Assembly (NCBI GenBank): GCA_951406725.2
Contig: OX597814.1
Span: 98,084,001 to 98,148,000 of the forward strand
Length of the DNA stretch: 64,000 nucleotides
DNA from: Octopus vulgaris
Lineage: Eukaryota
Direction: 5' to 3'
Under the pieces are notes generated by a model that worked only from the letters and a program-made list of their open reading frames with translations, ran no database searches and was not told where the DNA came from. Of this stretch, positions 13,601 to 26,200 are shown one piece after another. A program made the position numbers and the translations under genes. The stretch's first letter is position 1, and each line of letters opens with the position of its first letter.

Positions 13601-16600
13601 AAACATTGATTGTGTTCACCACATTGTGGTGGATGACAAGCAGTTGACTATAAATCAAATAGCCAACGCTATTAGCATATCCCATGAGAGGGTTGAGAAT
13701 ATTCTGCACAATGAACTTTGCATGACAAAGGTTTCTGCTCGGTTGGTATCACATCTTCTGACATCTGATCAAAAGCACACCAGGCTGATCACATCACAGG
13801 AAAATCTGACATTGTTTTTGGCAGATCCAGCTGGTCTCTTTGAATGTTTTCTAGCTTAGGGTTAATGTTGGGTTCATCACTTTGAGCTAGAGACATAGAG
13901 ACAATCCATGCACCTGCTCCAAAGAAAGCTAAGGTTCTTTCATTTGCAGGAATTCAAAGGCATTGTGTTTATTGACTATCTTCAAAAAAAAAAAAAAAAG
14001 GGCCACACCATCAATGAAGAGTTCAATGCCAACTTGCTGAGGCAGTTATGAAAGGTTATCAAAACCAAACATTCAGGAAAAGTGATGAAAGGGATTTTGT
14101 TTCATGAAGACAATGCTCCAACTATCAAGATCTTGGTTTCAATGGCTACTGTGCATGACTGTGGCTTTTAACCGGTTGATCACTGTTCCTGTTCTCCTGA
14201 TTTTGCCCCATCTGACTATCATCTGTTCCCCAGTATGAAAAAACAGTTGGCTGGGAACCAGTATCACAGTGATGATGACATCATATTTGCTGTTGATGAC
14301 TTTTTTGACCTTCAGGATGAAAGCATCTTCACCAATGGGGGATCCAAGCACTGCAATGCCCAGGAGGACTACGTTGAAAAATAAACCTCATTTGGTCACA
14401 TTCCATGAGAGTAGCCTGGTCAGCTCATGGACTTTTCAGCCGACCTTCATATGATATTACTGACATCTATTGACATCCCTGTTATTAGCAGATGTAAGAT
14501 GGTGGATTTGGCAGAATTAATAAAGTGCTGGACAAAATGCCTTGCAATGTTTCTTTCAACTCTTCATGCTCAGTTCAAATCACACTGAGGTCAATGAGGC
14601 TTTCAATCCCATAAAATAAAGTACCAAGTTACATACTAATTGACTAACCCTCACCCTCAAAATTGCTAGCCTTGTGCCTAGATTAGAAATTATTATTAGT
14701 AGATATAAATTTAATGGAAGGAATTGGGCAATTCTATAATTTTTTTGTTTTAAAAATTATTCTATAATTTTCTTATTTTCCTATGTTATTGGTATCACAA
14801 TTGGGTACTTAATAATATTTTGTTGTTGATGTTTAACCCTTGGTTGACATTCACCAACTGAAGCCTTGATCAGAAGTGACCATCACATCATATTTCAGAT
14901 ACATTTCATCTTGGACTACATTATCCACTGTGTCCATTTTTAAGGCTCCCTTGATAGCCTGACTAGATATTTTTTATAGTTGAAAATAAAAAGTGTTGCT
15001 GAAAACTATAGGGTCATTAAGATATTCTGTAAGCAGGGCTGTGGACACAAACTAAACATGGTATCCACGCTATCTGATGTGCTTGCTATCCCAGTGGGGC
15101 TTTTGTTAAATTTGTTGGATGTGGCCAGCATTTTTGAGAGCCAGCTGAAAATAGCAGCTGATAACATCTGTGCTATCTGATGCATTTGGTCTCCAAGTGG
15201 GGCTTATGTCAAACTTGTCACATGTGGTCAGTGTTTGTAAGGTATGTGGTGAACACATTGGTTGGGTATTGGCTGACCCCCACCTCAAGTGAATTCCACT
15301 GCAAGTACAAGTACAGAATTGTGTGGTCCAAAAGTTTGCTTCTGAACCATGTGGTTACAGGTTCAGTCTCACTGCATGGAAACTGTTGCCTGATGTCTTC
15401 TATAAACACAGCTTAACCTATACCATGTGAGTGAAGTTAGTCACTAGAAACTGGAAGAAGCCTATTTTGTGTGTGTATTTATGTATATGTGTGTGATGTA
15501 TGCATGCATGTGTGACTGCATTCTACCTCATAGACTGTAAACAAAACTTTCAATGTTCATACAATTGGTGTCATTTGTTCATATTTCTCTACAAAAGTGT
15601 ATCTGAGCTGTTTGTTGTTTGATAGACAGCATGATTATTACCTTGCTTGGAAGCAAGTGAGGGCTGCTGGAAAGATGGGCATCTGGGCAATGAAAATTTT
15701 GCTTCAATGAAGAACCCTTCCAGGTGTGATAAGGTAGATGTTAAAACAACAATGAAGATGATACCTGAACTTTTCATCCACTTATCTACATAGGAAAACT
15801 TAGATTAAATCTAATAATTATAATTTTGTGTTTGCAGTGGTTCAGTACAACAGATAACCTGCCAGTTGTATCCGTCTACTGGAGATGATGTACAAAAACA
15901 ATTTGTCTGCTTAACATTGCAGCTTTCTTTACCTGAAAATGTAAGTAGTAAAGAAGGATTTTTACCATTTGTTTAATTTTGCTACTGTTTATTGTTAATT
16001 TGATATTAATTTGTAAGTGCAGGCATGGCTGTGCAGTAAGAAGCTTGCTTCCCAACCACATGGTTCCAGGTTCAGTCCCACTGTGTGGCACCTTGGACAA
16101 TTGTCTTTTGCAATAACCTTGGGCCAATCAAAGCCTTGTGAGTGGATTTGGTTGATGGAAACTGAAAGAAGCCCTTTGTATATATGTATGTGTGTCTTTG
16201 TGCCTGTGTTTGTCCCCTTCACGGCTTGACAACCAGTGTTGGTGTGTTTATGTACACCATAACTTAGCAGTTTGGCAAAAGAGATCAATAACAGATCAGT
16301 AGAATAAGTACTGGACTTTAAAAAGAAAAAAAGTTCTGGGGTATTTGACTAAAAATCCTTCAAGGCAGTGGTGCCCTAGCATGGCTGAGTCTGATGACTG
16401 AAGCAAATGAAAGGATAGAAGGAAAAAAGAATGGAATTTAAATGCTTTGGATAATTTATGCTGATGTAAATTATAACTGATTCTTGCTGTATCTTCGTTG
16501 AGAGCTTTAACTTATTAAAGGGAGATTGTTAATAATTTTGTTGTGCGTGTGTGCATATAGAAAGAGAGCGAGATGCAGATATGCTTGTGTGGCTAAGAAG

Positions 16601-19600
16601 CTTGCTTCCCAACCATGTGGTCTTGGGTTTAGTCCTACTGCATGACACCTTTGGCAGGTGTCTTCTGTTGTAGTCTCAGGCTAACCAAAGAACCTTGTGA
16701 GTGGATTTGGTTGACAGAATTTCAAAGAAGCCCTCCTTTGTTTCAGCATCACCATCATCACTTAATGCCTGCTTTTTCCATGCTGTTGACAACTCCTCTG
16801 TCTATTTTGGCATGGTTTCCACAGCTGGATGTTCTTCCTAATGCCAACCACTTTACAAACGGTACTTGGTGTTTTTTTTTTACATGGCACCAGCAGCATT
16901 GAGTTCACAAAATAACTTATGGGGACCAAACTCCTCAACTGAGGGGTGGGGAGTGATATTGAGGAAGGGAGCTTTTTGCCAGAAGAGAGGTTAGGGTATG
17001 AGTAGAGGTACAGAAACAGGCATCTTGAAGTAAAGGAGATGCATGATGCATGGCTAATCCAATAAGGGAGAGAGAGAGAGAGAGAGCTGAAGGAGCAAGT
17101 GGGACTAAGGATTGGATAGGGTGAGTGGGTGGCTAAGATTGCGAAAGAAGTGTGGGAATCAGAAGAGAGGGAATGTAGTGAGCAGACAAAAATAGGGGGA
17201 AGGGTTGTTAGGAGGATAGGTTGTGGGGAAGAGAGTCAACATCAGGGATTGGGAGATGGAGAGAAGCATAGTGAATGGTGAACATGGTGTGAGAAGGGTA
17301 GCTGTTGGGAAGATGGGACGTGGGGGAGAGGTTTGTCAGCAACAGATTGTATGCTGGGGTGGGGGCATCGACATAAAGGAAGTGTCTTTATGGTCTTCAT
17401 TTTACCTAGCTGGATAGGTCATCTCAAGTGAAGTAAACTGCCAATTGTCGCAGTCCTATGTTATCTCTGTGAGGCTCAGCTTTCTTACATCATTTTTCAC
17501 CACTTCATCTTGCGTTCTTTCTCTTCCACAGGTTCCTTCTACATTTTGAGACTGACACTTTTTTTTATGTTGCTGTCTCTAATCATACACATTACCTGAT
17601 CACACCAGTTCAGTCTTCTCTCTTGCACACTACATCTGATGCCTCTTATACCCAATTTTTCTTGCAACATATTTGTACTTTGTTGTACATGCACACTGAC
17701 ATTGCATATCCTGCATAGCATCCTGGTTTTGTTTCTTTCAAACAAGTCTTTGCATACCTCTGCAGCCACTCGCACATACATGCATGCAAATGTGCATATG
17801 CGTGTACCCTTGTCTAGACATTGTAATAGTTGTTTCATTATGATACAAGCAAAGCTGTTCATTTCTAGTTGTCTGTGAAAAACATGTTTAGCTATAAGAA
17901 AATAGTACCTTGCTTGGAAACTGGTGAGGATTGGTGATAGGAAGGGCATCCAGCCCATAGAAAATCTGCCTCAACAAAATTCTATCTGACCCGTGCAAGG
18001 ATGAAAAAGTGGACATTTGAATGATGATATTAATGCTATATGTACATGACATGAGTGAATGGTTTAGAAGTTTCTTTTGTAATTCTGAGGGTTTTATCCT
18101 ACTACATATTATATTGAGCATGAGTTTTTTTCTTTATCATACATAGCCATGTGAGTGAAACTGAGTGGCTGCATGACTATTAGGTAGGCATGCACAGGAC
18201 CTACTTATATTCAGTTCTCACTATCCTTATCATTCTGGTGCATTCTAGAAATTTAGACTTTTTCAGGAGAAACATAAATTTCAAAGAAGTAGAAAACTAA
18301 TCTCTTTCAAAGTAGGCTCCTTGGACCTCAATGCACTTATTGTAGTGATCCAATCACTCTATGAAGGCCCCATGAAAGTCCTCTAAAATGAAGGTGTCCA
18401 CAACTCTTGTTGCAACTGCCTTCATCTTCTCCTTCAGCTTGTGGAACAGCCAAAACCCACAGGAAACAAGGTCTGGACTGTTGGGAGGGTGAGGGATTGT
18501 TTTGATGCCTGTTCCTGCCAAGTAGTTGGTTACCAGGATGGAATTGTGGACTGCTGCATTGTGGAAATGCTTTAACTGTTTGTGATGAAATCCCTTCCTG
18601 AATCCCCTCAAAATCTTCCACAAAGTACTCTTTGTTAACAGTTTGGCCAGAGGGCACCAAGTGGATGTAGATGATGCTCTTGCTGTAGAAAAAGGGGATC
18701 ATCATATGCTTCCTGGTGGACTTAGTTTGCCTAGTTTTCTGTGCCAGTGTAAAACAGATGCTTGGTTCATGCATCTTAATCCATAAGCATCCTGGAGCAT
18801 TTCATAAGCTTCTGTAGTGCTTTTGCTCAGTTTAACACAAAACCTTATTGCACAGTGAGCTTCCAGATTTTCCCAGCTACATTCTGTAAATTAGTCAGCT
18901 GTAACAAGTAGTGTTTACTAAGGTGTGTTTAAAGTGCTGTTGCAGCTGTATCTTTCAATCTGTAATAGCAAAATTTGATAGGTCGGCTTATTGTTTTTCG
19001 TTTGTGCCATTTTATTCATAATATTCTTAAAAATGTACATCCCTTGATTTATGCCATTTTGATTTAACACAGTGATTTTCAGAACAAATCTACTGTGTAA
19101 ACCGAGTGACAAATTGTGTATGTGAATCTATCCACCCAGCCTCTCCTTCCTCATATATGATGAACTCTCATTGGTCTTGGTCTATGAGTATCTAACAATT
19201 CAATAGAAAAATTGTATTTACTATGCTTTGTGTCTTTTGTGAGGTGTTAATATGACAGAACTATACTGAACTTTTTAATTATCCACACAAATGATTTGTT
19301 TATAGTGATGAGAGCTTGTGTAGAACCTGCTGCATATGAAACTGAGTGCAGAAAAATGGTGCAGTGTGGCATAACTTGTTGAGAAGCATTCCTCAGATTT
19401 TTTTTAGCAGTAACCTCCTAGAAACACAGTTTCATGAAAGTTAAAGGTCATCTCACATCCAGTGGTCCTCATGTTATTCCTAGATGACCATTAATCCTAC
19501 AGCGTGTTCATCTGTCCTTGTGACTTGGTTTTTATTGTGCTCCATTTCTAGCAACCCTTGTACAAGTTTGCAATGTTAGCTGTAGCGCTAGGTTGGTGAG

Positions 19601-22600
19601 AGAAATTGACTTCCGTTTTTCTTAAATTTGTATTTGTCATTGTATTTCAGTATCCTAATGATGTGCCTGCTATTACCATAAAAAACCCAAGAGGCCTTGG
19701 CGAAGATGAACTTGCAAAGTTAGTTTCTTGTCTTTTATATTTTCAAAACGTGTGATGGTAGCAAGATAATGTAATTTCAATTCAAATGTTTTTTTCAATT
19801 TCACATTTATAAAGCTGATATTTTCAATGAACTAAGTAGTAGGATTTCAAATTGAAATGTTTTCTGAAGAAACATATCTTTTCAAATAGTTTCAGTTTCT
19901 TTAGTTTATGAGTTTTAATGGAAGTTAATTTTAATATTTAAAAAATTTTATTTCAGTGTTTTATACTTGGAAAATAGTTTCAATTTTAGCCTTTTTCTAA
20001 TTTAATTTTATAAAACATTATATTTGTTTTATGGATTCAGTATTTCAGAAATTTCTTGAAAATGATATATTTTGGATATTAATAGTTATCACCAAGCTAA
20101 CAAGGCAGTCCAGGAAAATTGGACGAATGCTGCTGTTGATTAGCCCCAAGAGGCCATTGCCTCTAGCTAACTATGTGACACATGAATCCGTGTCCATTAT
20201 AACCTTCAAACAGGGGAGGTCAGCCGCTTCAGACCAGCAAGGGAAGCGGCTGATCTCCCATTTCGAAGTTTATAATGGACACAGGTTCGTGTGTCACATA
20301 GCTAGGTAGAGGAGATGGCCTCTTGGAGCATTCGTCCTATTTTTCTGGACTGCCATATTAGGTTGGCGATAACTAATAATATCCAGTACCGCTGCTGTAG
20401 TCTCCTTTAGAGAGACTTAGAAATATTAATATTTCTATTATTGATATATTTTGGGCGAGTAAGAAATTAAATCCTCATTTTTATCCCATTTTGAAATATA
20501 TGACAGTTGTCTCCCTTAGACAGAAATTCTTTTTGTGTTGAATTCAACATTTTCACAGTGATATATCTATTGAAATACTCTTCTTTTGTTTCAATCAATT
20601 TTGAAAGTACTGAAGGATTTAGAAGTTGCCTTTGTTATTATTAATCTGGTTTTTGGAACATAAATTAACATGAAATTCTGTTAAAAGTTTTTTTAAAAAA
20701 TTTAAATTACTTTAAAACTAGAAATTTGTATCATAGGACCAGGGATAGTCTCATGAGAGTTGATATCATCAAAAGGATTAAATGTTATAAATAGCCACCA
20801 AATGTCTCTTTAATAAGGAGAATAAACATTGGTGTGGTTTTAGATATCTCTAAAAAGGCTAGATGATCATGATTGAAACATCTTTGATCATAACATTGCA
20901 CAACCTGTGTTGGCTAGAGACTAAATGACATCTATATTTAGAAGTTACATTAATAAAATTACAGAAGTCATGTGGAAGCAAACTTCCAATGAGCCTAATT
21001 CTTCATCTCACTTTGGTTCTCAATTATAACTTATTTATTTTCCTTATGTTGATAATTCTCATTAAAGATTGTGTAAGAAATTGTTTTGAGAGCACTTTGA
21101 GAAACTGCAACAAAAATAATGTTTTAAATTGTACTAAGGTGTAATTATGTTTTACTTAAATGGAATAAAGCAACTTTTATTAACCAAACTTTGACATGTC
21201 TATCGTGCTATCGCTGATAGCTCTGCAAGACAATGACTTTGAAACATCTACCTTGATGGTTACTTGAACTCATATATATCATGTAATTGGCACTGACTCC
21301 AACTGATAACTCATACAATGACTACTAAGACTGGCTCTGTCCGACTTTATAGTGGCTGATTCATACTATGTTGTCATGTTGGAAGGAGTGTACCATTTTC
21401 ACTACAACAGTATTTTGTTTCATTCCACTACATTTCTAATTCTAATCCTGTTACCTTTACTTTCATCCTTCAAGTGTTGGCAAACCTCTTATCAATTATA
21501 TGTTTGGTTGATTCAGTCAAATGTGTCTCTGTGTAATTTTATGGGCTTATGTCAGTGTGACTAACAATTATTAACCAGTCATTACATTGGTCAATTTTGT
21601 TGGTCTGATGTCAACCCTGTAGACACAAGCATGGCTGTGTAGTATGCAGTTTGCTTTTCAAACACATGGTTCCAGTTTCAGTCCCACTGCGTGGTACCTT
21701 GGGCAAGTGTCTACTATAGCCCTGGGCTAGATAAAGCCTTATGAGTCGATTTAATAGATCGTAACATGTTAGAGAGAGTTGGTGTCTTCATGCCTTCACA
21801 TTGTGTGATAGTTGTAAACAAACCTGTCTGGCTTTGGGGAAATATTACCTTACTTGGAAACAGTTAAAGGTTGGAAATAGGAACAGTACTAGCCATAGAA
21901 AATCTGCCTCAACAATTTCTATCTGATCCATGCATGCATGGAAAAGTGAATATTACTATGGTTATGATGGTGTTTATGATTTCCTATGTCAACCCAATCT
22001 TTAACAGCTCTAAACAAATTTTATTGAATTTTATTTCAAAAACATATTTTCATTTATCTCATTTCTAGACTTGAAACATCTTTAAAAGAGTTGGCTGATG
22101 AAAGAAAAGGTGGACCTATGTTGTATGAATTGTTTGAAGTGAGTACCTTTTACTTTTAACATGACAGCTCTGAGGATAAGGAATAAGTGCTGGACTCCAA
22201 AATATACGATCATGAATTGAAACCTTAGCAACTATCACCATAAAGCAAACAAAAGAATTCTATATAATACTATATTATTGCTTTTCACTCTAATAATCTT
22301 GGAGTAAGAAAGAACATATAGCTGTGACAACAAAAGAACTGTGATATGATGTGGTATCTCATTCAGTTTTGGTGCTGTCAATCATTCATTGACATCTGCA
22401 ACTGATCTTCTAAATACAATCCCCCAATTTTTTTTTTTTGTCCATTGTGTTGTCTATTTTACTATGCTTTCATGGAGTAGATGAGTTTGTTATTGAGGCG
22501 TTGTTTTACAGCTGGATACACTGCTTGTCACAAATCCTTGTCTTTCAAATAAGGAGTCTTTTATTCCATATGCTTTTGAAGATGCAAAGCAAGTGGAAAC

Positions 22601-23041
22601 TTTTGTAGATGCAGTGAGATATAGACAAACTCACTGACATATTACACATGCATTTGCTTGCACACACTGACTGACTAACACAGACACACATGTGTGTCTA
22701 TATATATATTACTGGCACTCGAGCCCCGTGCTAGTAGGGTGTTAAGAGCACCATCCGAGTGTGATCGATGTCAGAGCGGCTATCTGGCCTCCGTAAAAGA
22801 CACTAGCTAAGTGTAAATGTTACCAGCATTGCCTTATTGGCACCTGTGCCGGCGGCACGTCAAAGCACCCACTACACTCTCGGAGTGGTTGGCATTAGGA
22901 AGGGCATCCAGCTGTAGAAACTCTGCCAAATCAAGATTGAAGCCTGGTGCAGCCATCTGGTTCACCAGACCTCAGTCAAATCGTCCAACCCATGCTAGCA
23001 TGGAAAGCGGACGTTAACGCCGCCGATGATGATGATGATGA

Positions 23042-23104
<63 letters not shown>

Positions 23105-23229
23105 TAAATTAGAGATAAAACCACTATTAGGCAAATCAAACAATGAAAAACTTAAGCCAATACATAAAATTAATTAATTTAAATTATTTTCCCTGTAAGT
23201 TTGGATTTATTCCCTAATATTTTATTATT

Positions 23230-23263
<34 letters not shown>

Positions 23264-26200
23264 CATATATAATATTTGTGACTTCCAAATCCACACACAA
23301 AACTGGTTAGCTTAAAGCTATTGTTTGAAAACACTTGCCTAATTATTTTTGTACAATTATTACTAAGTTTGCAATAGTTATTAACTGATACACAAACAGT
23401 CTAAGAAAACATGTGTAATTCTAAATGAGTTTGTCCTGCACCTATTTCCTGTATTGGATATTTTTTTATTTTAGAGATTAGGGTATGCTACAAGAGTGAT
23501 GAGAGTAAAATAGTAAACAGTCATAGAAATATTGGATAGCTATCAAGTTGTCTCTTTTAATTGTGTTGCCTTTTATGATAATGTTGTTTAGTCTCAAGTC
23601 ACTCTTGAGTGAGGAAATCTTTGATCAGAAGCATTCCAGCTTTAGCCATTCCATAATTTTATGGCTATTTACAACTACATTAGTTCTCCTTTGCTTGTTG
23701 AAGGTGGTTAGGTGTAAGCCAAATGAGATTTAGTTAAATGAAAAATCAGTGGGACCCTTAGTTATTTTTAATTGATTACTTCACTATTTCCTGTTGTCCT
23801 TTTATTGCTTTTTAATCATCAGCTTCTTTTATAATCCATTCTCATCCAAAGATTATACTTGCTTCTAGGTAAAAAAAAAATTAAGTAAGCACTGTAATAT
23901 TTCTTAACAGAAATGGTGTATCTGCATTATTGGTAGAAATTTGGACGAAATGTAATCATTATTTAGTTGTATACCATTACATTCTGAGTTCAAATCCTGC
24001 CTTGGTTGACTTTGCCATTCATTCTTCCAGGTTTATAAAAGAAGTAGTGAAAGTATTCAGTGTTTGTCCCCCCAACATCACTTGACAACCGATGGTGGTG
24101 TGTTTACGTCCCCGTAACTTGTCGGTTTGGCAAAAGAGACCGATAGAATAAGTACTAGGCTTACAAAGAATAATCCTGGGGTCGATTATTATAAAGAAAT
24201 TATAATCAACTATATTCTTGCTGTAAAATGTATGGCTTTGTGCCTATATAAGAAGTCTAATATTTCTCCACATTTCATAAACATTACTGTAAGTAAACAT
24301 AGTTGGTGGCTAAAAGTGCTAAGGTTGTATTTGGTAATTCAGTTAGATGCTCATTGATAAGATACATAACTCTACCTCTCTCAGGTGTAACTCCTTCCTA
24401 CTCCATGGTAGAGATAGAGATTATACTTGCTTCAAAAAATATGCAAATATAGGCGCAGGAGTGGCTGTGTGGTAAGTAGCTTGTCTACCAACCACATGGT
24501 TCCGGGTTCAGTCCCACTGCGTGGCACCTTGGGCAAGTGTCTTTTACTATAGCCTCGGGCCGACCAAAGCCTTGTGAGTGGATTTGGTAGATGGAAACTG
24601 AAAGAAGCCCGTCGTATATATATATATATATGCGTGTGTGTCTGTGTTTGTCCCCTAGCATTGCTTGACAACCGATGCTGGTGTGTTTATGTCCCCGTTA
24701 CTTAGCAGTTCGGCATAAGAGACTGATAGAATAAGTACTGGGCTTACAAAAGAATAAGTCCCGGGGTTGAGTTGCTCGATTAAAGGCGGTGCTCCAGCAT
24801 GGCTGCAGTCAAATGACTGAAACAAGTAAAAGAGTAAATATTTGAATTTGTAAATATCAAACTAAAAATAAAATTTTAGAGCACTTTATTTTCATCATTT
24901 TCCTTTGACATTTTTTCTGAATACCATGTGTTTGTAAATTCTATAATTTGCTCTGATCTTTTTTTCTTCCTCAGCTTGCCAAAGAAAGCCTTACTGAAGG
25001 CAACATACCCAGGCAACACTGTGTCATCTGCCTACAACATTTCAAAGAGTTTGAAGAATTCACTCGTACCGAATGTTACCACTACTTTCATTGCCATTGT
25101 CTTGGAAGATATGTTGAACATTGTCTGAATGATGTCACAGAAGATGGTGCTAACTCTGCAATATCTTCAACTCCTTCAAAGATTGAGAACACTGCAGAAA
25201 AAGAGGTGATAAAATTTATGCTGTTTCTTTTTTCTTATATTTTCTATGCCTGTGCTGAGGTATAGTTGATAGATCTGTATGTGAAGAACTTAAATTATTT
25301 TTGGTCATATGTGTGGCAAGATGTTCTTTCTTCTCTTCACCCTTTAACCAGCCCTATCTAAATATTCTACCAGTTTTACTTTCAAACTGGCTAAATCTGG
25401 CTACTCACAATTGCCCCCAATGTCATTCTTAAAATAAATATTCACATTGAAATCTTGAAGCTACAATAAATTTGCATTGTTAATTCAATACAATATGAAT
25501 ATATAAGCATTATATTTGATAGAGTAACCTGAATGTTAAAGGGTTAAATCAAGTTGAAGGTCATTGGAACTCCCTTTGGGTATTGCTAACCATGGGTTTT
25601 CTGCATCTGCAATGCTCCTCTCCAAAGTGCAGATCTGGGCAAGTTATTTTTTGTGGATGACTATCAGTTCCCTGTGCATGCAAGTCTCCCTGCTCTTTGT
25701 CTCACCATTGCTATCCAAGAGCGGTTCAATACAGGTTGATATCAGTGATGTTGCGGGCATTGCTGTCATCACAAAGAGCTGGAACAAGGACTGTATGGCA
25801 CACTGATGTCCTATTAGTTCAACCGATCTATTAATCTCTCATCTTAAACTGGATTGCAGAATGATGAAAAGCAGAGTTGGCTTTGATGGGATTTGAACTT
25901 AGTGAGCAGGATATTGAAAAAAAATATTGTGAGGCATTTTGTCAACTGCTCAAATGTCTCTGCCAGTTAAACCGTCATAAAATGGGTTACCGATTTTAAA
26001 TTTTATTACTTGAACGTGGCTTACCTAAAGATGCTTTTTCATTGTAAAAAACTTGGATACATGTTGCTGTGAGCAGCTTGACTTTATCGTCAGGTGATTC
26101 TTCAGCTTCAAAATATTATTTAATTAAATATTATTAGAATGTTGATGAAGGCACTTATATACCACTAGACAACCAAAGCTCTCTCTATATAAAGCTGAAG

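Noticed and set aside
13386-13859. SETMAR host gene
   Set aside because: No SET domain; the frame breaks before the catalytic domain and lies between TIRs, so it is a dead mariner.
24928-25128. Track ORF overlapping exon 6
   Set aside because: Wrong frame; the RING motif is in the frame starting at 24975.
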